From: Selaginella moellendorffii
Lineage: Eukaryota; Plantae; Lycopodiophyta
Reading direction: 5' to 3'
DNA: 64,000 nucleotides
NCBI RefSeq assembly: GCF_000143415.4
Contig: NW_003314281.1
Span: 1,069,584-1,133,583, forward strand
Position numbers and translations under genes: made by a program
Shown here: positions 39,130 through 50,755 of the stretch, in pieces
How the letters are laid out: every line of letters starts with the position of its first letter
Numbering within the stretch: position 1 is the stretch's first letter
The notes under the pieces: generated by a model
The model's database searches: none
What the model saw: only the letters and a program-made list of their open reading frames with translations
Told to the model about the DNA's origin: nothing

Positions 39130-40577
39130 ACTCTCGTGGTTGTAGTTGCGCTTGAAGGTGAGACAGATCAAACTTTCTGGAGCATCTGCTGGAACTGCCT
39201 CCTCGTATGCTTATCTGTGCAAGAGACGAATCTACTGGCAGTGGTACAGCTTCGGCACAGGCATTCTGAAGACCTGTTTGTATTTTGGAAGCCCAAGTGT
39301 ATTTTTGCTGGAGTTGGTGATGTCACATTTGAGCTCCGGGATAAGATGGCAGTTCCTGCAAGGCCCCTTTCTCCATACCACCAGCTTAGAGACTCAGGCG
39401 TTTCCGGTTCCGTTCGCCCTGTACGAGGTTGCCAAATCAAAACCGGGAGAAGATATTTAGGCCTGCAGAGCCTGGTGAGAACTGTTTGGAGATTGTACCT
39501 TTCGTTCTTCGCCTAATCTTACCGCCGATGGCTGGTGGCAGCGTAAATAACTTCCACCACCTTTATGATAGGACGTGATGGCCTTTTTCTTCGTAGCAGA
39601 AGCCTATCAGGGATGATAACGCCGGTGAAGGTTCCAGTGGCATCATGCGGCATGATTTGATTGCAAGGTTTGCTGGGATGTATGCACTCTTGAGAGCTGA
39701 AGAGAAGGGGACGCGAAGCAAAGGGGACCCCGGGAAGAAACTCGTGGATAAACTGGAGTGGACTTATGAATCATCTATCCCCTACATCTTGGGATATCAT
39801 GCAAGGGAGTACGTGGTCACCTTTTGCTGCATGAGATGCGTCAACGGAATCAACCTCAGAGATGATCTTGTCACGCTCAATCTGTTTTCTGCAAGAGACT
39901 GGGTGGAGCAATTCATCGTCTGCATGAACATGACCAGGCTTTTGATAACGCTGAGAGACTTGTTCATCTCAGCTCAAGCGCCACCTGATATAGCTGAATA
40001 TGACCAAGAGAAAGAAGGTGGCCAAGGTTTACAGCAAACTAAAGGTTTTTGAGCGTGTGATAAGCATGTACTGGGAGCTGGTTGGCTGCCCGTTTGCAGA
40101 AGTTATGCTCCATTTCAACCTCGAAGAGTCTAGAATTGTCTTTGAGAGGGCTTTCGCTTGCAAGCCAGAGTCACTGAAACAACTGGTGGCAGTGGTGTGG
40201 CTGGACAGCGAGGCATTGATCCACAGGGACATCAGATGGGACAATGTAGCACGTCGATACGATACTGCTGTGGATACTGCTGGATTTCGATGAGGCTGCG
40301 GCAAGCCCAAGCGAAGGAGCAGTTCATCATCTCAAGCCAGAGACGCATGCACCGGAATGAGGGTTGGAATTCACACCACGAGTGTTGATGTTTGGGGTGT
40401 AGGGCATCTCATCTTTTCTTGGAGCGCAGCGGGTGATTTGCATGGATTTCTGGTGGGGCTCATGAATCGCTGCTTGCAGGCTGTCCCGCAGTTGAGGCCT
40501 ACGGCAAAAGAGTGCTTGGCGCTGCTGGAGCCACATTATCGGAACTATTTACAGAAAGATTGTTCTTTATCGTTTTA
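39130..40577 (+). pseudogene. Frameshifted Crinkler-like (REase-like + kinase) gene relic
   Basis: R.DL...ALLRAEEKG...P.KKLVDKLEWTYESSIPYILGYHA...VTFC, then kinase remnants IHRDIRWDNV, LLLDFDEA (shifted frame), HTTSVDVWGVGHLI and RPTAKECL, spread across several frames. Confidence 0.6.
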
Positions 40578-40649
40578 AAATATTGGAATATTATACGTTT
40601 ATAACCTTTTGCTTAAATGTCCAAAACATTTGAGGAGTAAGCTGCATCT

Positions 40650-41330
40650 CCAGATTTTATGCGCGCCGCCGAGCAGTGCTTCTTTCTTCTGCGAAGGCTA
40701 CGCCACGCATTTGGTCAATGCAGCAATTCGACTTGCAGAATGAGGTAAAGTCACCTTTCTCCTTTTTGAAATCTCTTTCAGACAGGACTACAGACCTTGG
40801 ATAAAAAAACGGCACTGGCGGCTGCAACAGGGGCTGAGTACGCAACAGCGATCCAATACTGTACATCTCACGGGCAAGATCTAAGTAGTTGTTCAACTTG
40901 TCACGTATCAGGTGGCAGGCGCATATGGCCTTCCCCCGTCTCCTGGTAGACGTCTTCTTATCTTCTATCAAGCGATTCTCCCATATCTAGGAGAACGTCT
41001 CAGGTATTCAAGGAGAAGATTAGTTGTGCTCATGCGACGTGTGCATGCATCTCTCAGCTGCAAGAGGAATCCTGTTAGCAAACGAGGAGGGGAGACACGC
41101 ACGTTCCTCGCTGGTTTACTGCCCTGCAACGCTGGTCTGTGGTATGAATAAATTTATCGTCACAACTGCTTGCTAAGCACTTTTAACAGCAGATTCTACC
41201 TTCCTTGCAACTACTTCTTTCTCAATGGTAACTTGCAAGGTCATTTCTATACACTTGAATTCAAGAATATATTATGATCTTCACAAACGAGTGACTCAAA
41301 TCCGTTACATCCATATGGGGAAGGCAGCAT
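40650..41330 (+). pseudogene. Peroxin PEX10 relic
   Basis: Fragments MRAAE, GLQTL, VAGAYGLPPSPGRRLLIFYQAILPYLGERL and IYYDLHKRVTQIRYIHMGK match the plant PEX10 N-half. Disrupted, with no RING exon. Confidence 0.65.
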
Positions 41331-44300
41331 TGCGTACCAAGATTGATATTAGAGCCATGATTGTAGAAATTTGCAGGTACTACAGCAAACTCGCCAATAT
41401 GGTTTCTGGATTTCGTATGGTTTTTCATATGTTAAGTTGTATGGTTTTGGTTTACACATTTGGTATGTTTTTTAATATAAATTCATCATTACAAATAGAA
41501 ATTTGTACTCTAGTATTTTCTTACAGTTTATTTATAACTTAAATACTATTTATTTTTAATTAAATATAAAATATAATTTACTCTATATAGTTATTGTAAA
41601 TAGTTTTTTAAAACTCATATAGTATATAATTATTCATCTAGATTATAGTGTAAATATTTTTTGGTTTACTTAAGAAGTATATATAGAATATTCCTGAATA
41701 TTTTAGGATATTCTATCACCTATTCATTTAGATTAATCGAGTATTTATAATTTATAAATTTTCCTAGTATATTCAAGTTTATTAGACCATCTAATGGTTG
41801 ATATGCAATAATATTAATCTTGTGTTTATAATATATAAATATATTAATAATTATTTTTAAATTATATTAATAAATAATAATTCTAAATAGGAATAACACT
41901 ACTATTAAGCAAACTAAGAATTGCTGCATATTTCAGTTATTAGAAACATTGCACAATTTATGAAAGACATGGACAGAATTGACTACTAAAGAAACTATTA
42001 TTGTTTACAGGTGTAAATATTTTTGTAAAATTCATATACGCTATAATTATTCATAGAGATTTTAATGTGCATATTTATTCTTATCATAGTCCACTGTCTA
42101 TCCATATTGGGCCTAAGTTCTTTTATGCTCAATTTTAATAGATTTCCATTTAAAACAGTTTAGTTAACATCACTCAGCAAGAATTACACAGATGATCTAA
42201 TTCTAAGCATATCAAGTTCTTAGCGACTAAAATCTACATAATTTTGAACTATTAGAACCACTTTTGAAAATTGATAGTAAATTACATAAAAAAAACTATA
42301 GTCATAGTATGAAAACTATATGTATAATAAGATATTGTTGACTTGTGAAAAAATAGTACCTAAAAATTGATAGTTAATTTTAGCCTAGGGTTTAGTATGT
42401 TTGCAGATGTATTTTTAAAAAAGCCAAATCTTGAAGTTTTCCTCTTGTCCCACACCAGAGCAACACCTATGTCTAATTATAGAAATTGATGCTTAAAAAT
42501 GAGTACCACCCTAAATATGAACTACTTGTTTTGTTGTCTCATTATACCACTTACTTTAGCTTGGTTTATTCAAGTTCATAGTTAGAAAATTTCATGCCCT
42601 GAATTTCCCTCTTATAATATCTTTATAGAATTTGTGGACATCAGAAGAGACTCTCATACTGTCTTCATTTAAACCGAAAGAGCCAAGATTTCTGACTTGG
42701 TAAACCATGCTTCCTTTTGAAGACAATGATTGTTGATCACAGTTGATTGAGTTTGTTTCAAGAGCTCATGATTTATAACATAACCCAACTTGACCTTTGT
42801 TATTGTTGACCTAAAGCCCATAACTATAAATTTTCTTTGTTGACTAGAAATCATATACCTTGGGAATAACTGAGCACCTATTGCACTAGTTTGAAAAGCC
42901 ACAAGGACTAAATCTCTTGCACTTATTATGTGAGAAGGTGCCTTAACCTATTTATCCCTTGTTTGTAAAATGACTTGAAACTCAAACTCTATATACCTAT
43001 GGTTCCCTCCTTGTCAATCATCTAGAAGTCTACTCTACCCATCTCGTGCTGATAAATGCAATAAACTACAATACAAGTCATATGAAATCTATGCTTAGCT
43101 CTATATGTCTAAAATCACATATGATTTAGTTATTTACTTTCTGTGTCATTTTTATAACCTTTGCCACCATCACCAGCAACATTTCTACCATCTATTGTGG
43201 AGTTTTAGTTACCAAAAAACTCATAAAAGATTTATGTTATCTATGAAAAAGTAATCACTTGTTTAGGTTGGAGAGTTGAAAACTTTTTTAGTCTACCTCC
43301 CTTGCTTTGCTGTTCTATCTATTACTTTCAGATTGCATTTATTATCAATATGACATTGAAATAGCACATTCACCAAATAATTATCTAAAATATCAACACC
43401 AAATGAAACACAATCACTTCATTCTCCTCAATCTTTTTAGTAAGTTTTTCCTCTGTTATTTAGAAATTATTCACACCAAATGAAAAATAATATAATGGAC
43501 ATGTACCTTGAAATAGAAATAGATAGACAAGTTGGTGGAGCAACTTTACTACCTTCTATTTATTATATTTCTAGAAATTAAGGGTATATACTATTCTTGA
43601 AAGTTTGTCTTTCTAACCATCAGAAGTGGAAGTTCATTCTCGTAAAAGTCTAAAAATGTATTTTTTTCATTTGTTTTATGTTTATGAGGATTTCTTTATG
43701 TAGATCATTATCAGGAAATATTGTAAATGTTAAATTTCTAAAGGAATTCCTAGTTACCAGCTGAGATAAAATCTCATCAAGCTTTATTGGCCATTCCAGA
43801 GGTTAACATAGGTAGAGACCGAAATATAACAAGGCCTATTTATTCTCTTTGTTCTTAGATAATAACACAATTTTTTTCTTTGTTGATTTTTGTTTGAGAG
43901 AACTCTACAAACCTTTGACTAGCATTTTAGAACTTGATATTTTCTATTTTTAAAGTTGTATTTTGCAATTTTCTAGGCATCTATTTTCCTAGGAATTTCT
44001 TGTATTGTATATTACAGCCTTCTTAGCTTATGAGGAATTTTTTTCTTATAAGTTTCTTGTACTTTCATTGCAAGCTGATTAAAATAAACAACTCAAGTAC
44101 TTAGTTTGTGGCAATAGTCTTTACACAACAAGTATATGTTTGTACTTTAGAATTGCTTTGCACTTTTGGGGTTTTCATTATCAATCAGGAATGATGTTGG
44201 TGCAGGTTTGAGTAACTATATATAGTATGATCTGCTTGCAAAGTTTTCTTGTCTATGTCCATTTTTAAGAGCTGAAGATAAGCAAAACTTGTGGAGAAAA

Positions 44301-44841
44301 TTGGAGTAGATTTTTTAAATATCCCCTATATTGTGGGATATTATGTGAGTCAAGTAAGTATTTTAAGTAAGAATCTGCTATTAGTATGTAATATTAAATA
44401 TGACATTCATTAGCCTGTGTATGATGAGGCCAAGAAAATGTGCTAGAGATTTCTCTTGGAAAATGAGAAGTAATTATCCTAGAATTTATCCTTTTTTATA
44501 ATTTAGTTTGCTTTATAACTGTCTGAAGCAACATTCTTTGGCAAAGTTGGCTTGCATGAAACCATGAACTCAAATATAAAAATTCAATAATTATTTATTA
44601 GAAAATAAATTAATGATAATAATTAGTATATAATACTTAGTAGTGGTCTTATAAAAGAACACACACTCACTATCAAGTCTTTGAGAGTCAGCAAGTGTTT
44701 TTTAAGTTAAAACATAGTTTATATCTTTCGAAGAACAAGATTAGCTACACAATAATAATAATGACTTCAATTAAACTTAATTTTAAGTTTTATATTTTAT
44801 TCAATCATATCCATCTAAAATTATTATAACTAGCAATAGTT

Positions 44842-45316
44842 TTACACGATGCATGTATCTCCTACATATGCTAAGTTATCTTGCTCAATCCAAGTTCCTA
44901 TGTCAAAATGCACTGCAAAATTATTTGAAGGAGTTGAAAAATCAATCCAATCTATATACCATCCAGCATTAGATCCTGTATTATCATGTGATACTATAAC
45001 TTTACATATTTTATCATATTCTGATAGACATGTACCTTGAACATTGAATACATCAGTATTACAACGTTCAAAGTCATCATAATTTTTATGATCTATGTTT
45101 TGGTAAGCCAAAATGACTCCTGAAAGTGAAGTAAATATTATATCCACATTTGCATTAGTACCCGCTAACCAAACACATCCAGTTTTGATTATAATTTTAT
45201 ACTTACACTAAAAAAAAACATTAAGCTTGAAAAGTTTGAAACAAATTTACCTGTGCTAAAGAAATTTCAACATAAAGAATAAGATAAAAAGTTGGTAATA
45301 TAGTAAATTTCCTCAT
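44842..45316 (-). CDS. Small secreted PLAT/LH2-domain protein (2 exons, intron 45250-45208)
   Basis: MRKFTILPTFYLILYVEISLAQ|CKYKIIIKTGCVWLAGTNANVDIIF...DDFERCNTDVFNVQGTC...ICKVIVSHDNTGSNAGWYIDWI...FDIGTWI: canonical PLAT motifs (Y.I.IKTG, AGT, FER..TD.F, GWY). Confidence 0.85.
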
Positions 45317-45899
45317 CAAATTTCTATCAACTATTAAGATAATTTTAAACCTTTTTTACTTTGTAAATTATATATCCAAAACTTTTAAAAAGTTATACAT
45401 TGTGATGATCAATATAAAAAGTTTGATAACTTTAACTAGCTAAAATTAAATGTAAGTTTTATCACTACTTATAATAAGATAAAATATTATAAACTCCATA
45501 TGTAAGGTCTATAAATATTTGTACATATATACACTAATTATAGACAATCTATTTAGCATTGAAACTTGTTCCTGTATATAAGCAGGGGTCTAAACCCTAA
45601 TTAATATACTTATTCCTATATCCACATTGGTGGAAGTGAAAGGCACTATAATTTATCCTTAGAGGGTAAAGCTTTTTTGTAGTGCTTTGCTATAGTGTTT
45701 GGGATTATATTGTTATTTTCATGCCTTCATTCTTTTTTAGATCTAGATTTGTATTATCTTTTTGCTAGATATAGAACTCTAGTTATTGTTGTGGTTAGGT
45801 TTGTTATTCTATTTGATCTTTATTGCATTTCCTTCTACTATACTACATTGTCATCACAAAAAAGTATATCATTTGAGATTGTTGATGCTACTCCATTGT

Positions 45900-48800
45900 A
45901 TTGAGCTTTTGGTATTATGAAGTGTGATTATATTAGTGTTGTACCTCTTTAGTGTGTTGTTATCTCTAACTTCCATGGGATGTGATTATATAACTTTTTC
46001 TATTCTCAATGTCCTACCGTCTTTTATTAATGTGGAGTGTGATTGATTAGAGGGTTATGGATGATCCAATCTAGTTCTTAGAGAATGTTTACATCAAATT
46101 TATGGGAAGATGATATGTACAAGCTCAAATGGATTCTAGATTGTGATGAGGAACTTAATTATTATAGAAATAACTTTAGAGATAAGTTATAAATTTTACA
46201 GAGTAAGTGTTAGCTTTCACTTGCATTTCTGTCCTTGTTTTGCATCTGGCTTGGGTTTAAGCCTAAGCTCCATACCATGCTAATAAAGGAAGTACTCATA
46301 TTCTCATGTTAGGCCACCAATATGTTGAAATAACACTAAACCCTATTTAGCTCTATTTTACGTACTAATTTTAGCATCAAGACATTGGAAACTATTAGTC
46401 TTGATGTAAATAATATTGATAATTTGGTGCCTTTGTTAAGGAAATCTGGGCTTATAAGAAGCTCATGACTCTCCAAAGTTATGGCATTCCCAAGCTCATG
46501 GAGCATGATTATGGGATGGATTGACATGTAAAGATAATTTTAATTATTCTCATGCTTCAAGTTGGGCACTACATGTGAGGAAGACAATGGTAAAGAAATT
46601 GATCCTGGTCAGACCATCTTTGACCCTCTTTTCTAGCTCGTGTAAAGTCTTGGATGAAAAATATGACAAACTTTATGCAAAGAAGAGCAAATGTAAATTT
46701 GCAAAGTTAAAGATGAAATATCTAAGCCATATTATAACATCTAAGGGTGTCAAGACAAAACAACTTCAATGTTGCTCTATAACAACTTTAATTTTAGCAA
46801 TATTCTAGCAATAACTTTAACACTAGTAGTTGCTCCTTCTATTCAGCCTCAAGTTGTAGCGGCCTTGTGGAAGACACACATCAATAAGGTTAAAAAAGAT
46901 TTGGTAGAAGCATTGACAAAAAAGATAGGAGATATGCAACTTAATTGGATTTGAGGTGCTCAAAATTAGCCACAAGCAATGAGAGAACGTCAAAATGTTT
47001 GGTGTGTGAAGTGTAAAAACTATGGTCACTATCTTGTGCAATAAAGAAGACCAGCTTGTCAGTACTATGGACAAAACAATCATGCATTAGAAAATTGTTT
47101 TTATTAACCAGGAAGGAAGTAGTGACACCCTTTTTTCCAGCAACAATAGTCTTATATGCAACGTGCATCACCATCTGTATGCTTCCAGTAGACACAATTA
47201 TTTGTGGTCCCAAATTATCACGTTCAAATGCAAGCTCCTGTCCAATATTGGCCACAAACTCCTTATGATCAAGGAAATATGTTGCAACAATATACCACAT
47301 AGCAATCAAGCATTCTAGTATATGTTGTGACAATTATGCTGTAGCAGCAGTTTTAAGGGATGGGCAATGGATGAAGTCAAGGAGGTGGAAGAGGGCCAGA
47401 ATGCTATTGTTGCAAGGAATTTGGCCATATCCAAGCAAATTGTCCAAATGTGAAGAAATCAAAGGATTATTAGTTGATATGTGGAATTTGTGATACTTAG
47501 GGCCTCATCCTCAAGAGCAATGTCCTCACAAGCTGTAGCAAGACCATGGCAAACAAGTGGTCAACTTGCGAGTTGTATTTGTTCAACCTGTGGACTTGGA
47601 TAGGACTTTCTATAAGCTGGGAAAAAAGAAAGACTAGGCTTAGAAAAGTGGTCTCTGCAGCAATGAGAGCTTGTAAAAAAGTTGTAGTTAATTCAGTTTG
47701 GCTAGTGATCACAAACATGTTAGCCCCAGTCATAGATTTGGATTTGGCTGGGCAGTGGATCAAGAATTGTGCACTAAATGGAGGTAGTGGGGTGAATATT
47801 ATTCCTAACAAGATGGTGTATCAACTCAACTTAAGAGTGCTAATTCCAGTTCCTTTTCATGTTCGTATGCCAGATCAAAGGAGAGTCAAGCTGCTGGGTG
47901 TGCTCACAGGAACTCAAGTGGTGATAGTAGACATCCAATTTTGTGTGGATTTTGTAGTTCTCTAAATGAGTATGGGTGAGATGACTTATCTGCTTCTTCT
48001 AGGCCAGCTGTGGTTAATACAAGATAATGCTGTGAGTTACTGGCAAAAAGGATTGATGCAGATAATTGATGGAAATGTCAAGAGGAAAGTCTGAGCGAGA
48101 GCACGAGTTCTACCAAGGAAAATGAGGAAACAACTTGGGTATAGTATTCTTCCTTGCCAACTTAGGGTGATCTTGTCTTGCCACCTTTTGAGCATGATAC
48201 TACTAGCGATAGTCTAAAGCATTGGTTGGAGAGGTGATGTAGATTGTAGCATGGTTAAGGTTGAGTTTTCAGAGCCAACAGATGAGGAGAAGTTGCTTGA
48301 GTATCTAGAGCATTTTCAAGTTGTAGAGGTGGTAGAAAAACCATGGAAAATTTATGAAGAACCATAGAGAAGGCAAACAGGTTTATCAAGTCTTCAGAGC
48401 TAATGGATTTAGACCTTGGAATTGTGAAGGAGTCTTGACCAGTGAAGATAGGAGTAGAGTTGGAAGGAGAGTTAAGAGACCAATTTAAAGGTTGCTATAT
48501 GAGTATACATATGTTTTTATGTGGAAATATAAAGATATGCGAGCCATTGATCCTATGCTGGTTATCCATCGAATTCCTTTGATTCCTGGAGCTATTGCTG
48601 TTCATCTGTTAGGAAAAATACATGATAATAAAGAAGATAATAAGAAGATAAAATACAAGATAATAAAGACTCCCCTAGGGCTTATATTTCAGCAGTAACT
48701 ACAAATCACTCATACTGAGTGCGTTGGGCCTGTAGTAACTCCTCTATGATCACGCGTAAATAATAGTACCACACTTGACCACAGGTTGGACAGGTAGTTG

Positions 48801-50071
48801 GAATTTGCTGCTCCTCGATCGCATGCCTTATCCGCATGTTATTAGTAATGTGATCGGCGACGAGATCTCGACGGCCTATGGGAGGTCCCACCATCTTCGA
48901 GTAGAAAAAACTCAAGAACCAGAGAGAGAAAACAAGAACAAGAACTATAAAAACACTGAATGGCCGTGCCTAATTTTCCAACTACCAAAAACTTGAACAC
49001 CAACCAATGGTTGAGACTTTTCGAGTTAATAACTCTTCATCCACAACTTTGATTGACTTGATTTCACCACCAAATAATAAGATCTTCAACTTTATAGAAA
49101 AAAAATTCTCACTTCTGAAATTTATCACTTTCTCTCTCTAGATGGAATATTCTTAGGAAGCTTCTTTAGTGAGTTTCTTCATTTTTCACCTTTTTCTAGC
49201 TCAGAAATACATCAGTACTCACAAAAGCAACCTCAAGTGTGAAAATACAACCATATATATGGTTGACATCATCAAAGGCCTTATAGGACAAATTGACATT
49301 ATTCAAAAGTAGCGCAAGAGGAGATAGAGAAGTTGTTGCAAGTGGGAGTCATTTTCAAGGTGGAAATCAATGAGTGGCTTTTTCCTATTGTCATTGTCAA
49401 GAAGAAGAGTGACAATGCAACAATTAAGGATGGTTTTTCATTGTTATTTACTTATATAGTGTTGTATTTAGTGGTGGGGTATGAACTCTATTCTTTCCTG
49501 GATGGCTTCAATGGTTATAATTAAGTGCAAATAGCAAAGGAGGATCAACTAAAGACCACTTTTGTGACGAAGTGGGGGTGTTATGTATATAGAGTTATGC
49601 CTTTTGGCCTGTGCAATACTCATTCAGGATCTTGTTAAATCCATTTAAGTGTAGCTTTGGAGTGATGCATGGGGTGTTATTAGGTTGGATTATTTCACAA
49701 GACAGTTTAGTTATTGATCTTAGCAAGACCAAGTTGATACAAGCACTACCAGCTCTAGTGGACATCAGGCAATTACAAGCATTCCTAGGTCATGTAGGAT
49801 ATCATTGCAAGTTTATGCGGCGTTATGTGGAGAAATTTTTGCCTTGGACGGAGTTCTTGCCATGAGTGGACAGACCGCTGATAGCAAGCTTTTGAGGTGT
49901 CAAAGTAGGCTTTGGTCACAGCTCCAATTTTGAAGATGCCAGACTAGTCCCAAGATTTTTATGTTCATGTGGATGCTTTAGCAGTGGCAATTGGCTCAAT
50001 TTTATGCCAACCTATAAAGGACGGATGGGATCATCCTCTTGGTTATGATAGCCAGTAGTCTCAATAAAGCT
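45900..50071 (+). mobile_element. Degenerate Ty3/gypsy LTR-retrotransposon gag-pol remnants
   Basis: Zn knuckle ECYCCKEFGHIQANCP (~47400), protease-like ALNGGSGVNII (~47770), RT YSFLDGFNGYN*VQIAKEDQLKTTFVTKWGCYVYRVMPFGLCN (~49490-49617), LQAFLGHVGY, RNase H FYVHVDA (~49960). Many stops; left boundary approximate. Confidence 0.85.
48607..49209. mobile_element. ~600-bp solo-LTR-like insertion nested in the gypsy pol
   Basis: Begins TGTTAGG and is flanked by a CATC direct repeat (48603-48606, 49210-49213). Removing it restores ...GCT GTT CAT CAG TAC... The right end reads AATA, not canonical AACA. Confidence 0.55.
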
Positions 50072-50755
50072 CTATTTCGTTAAAGTGGGATTTATTCAGT
50101 AAAATGGGACTAGGTACAAATTTTCAAGTATTTGAAAATGACGTGAAATTATATGTTTTTTGTCCAGGGGCTAGACATATCTGGGGCATGGTGACTAGCG
50201 CGGTGACTTTGTGTCCAGACTGAGTCCATCTGGTTGTATAATAAATCTCATTGTCAAGGTGAACAAGCTGAATCTGAAGCTAAAGAAGAGCGATGGCATG
50301 CGCGCACACACTATTTGTTTGTTCATTGAGCGTGTGGTGAGCTTTCCAAGATGAACGTCATTCCTATTAGCCAGACATATAACTTAATGGTGAGAACATT
50401 TAGATATTATTCAATGTTATCTTTTTCTAACGAATCTAATTGTGAAGGTGTAGCAAAAGGCATTGCTAGTCTGGAGAAGTCATTTAACTCATTTGACCCT
50501 TAGTGTATTTTCATGAAACTAAATAACATTCATATTATTAAGGAATTTCTCTAGTACCTTTTTTTTACGACATAGAGGCTTGCATTTCTTTCAAAGGTGA
50601 TTTAGTAAAAGGCCTGAGGGCACATGCCATTCTATTTCTCAGACCAGTATTAAGATATACTAGTGCAAAGGGCCACATGCCATCACGCCTCCTCTGATTC
50701 AGATTCGGATTGTTCACCTTGAAATAAAATACATTAGAAACTTAGTAAAGGAATA

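Noticed and set aside
42500-44500. Possible decayed element or gene in the AT-rich block
   Set aside because: No recognisable motif or termini could be supported by eye.
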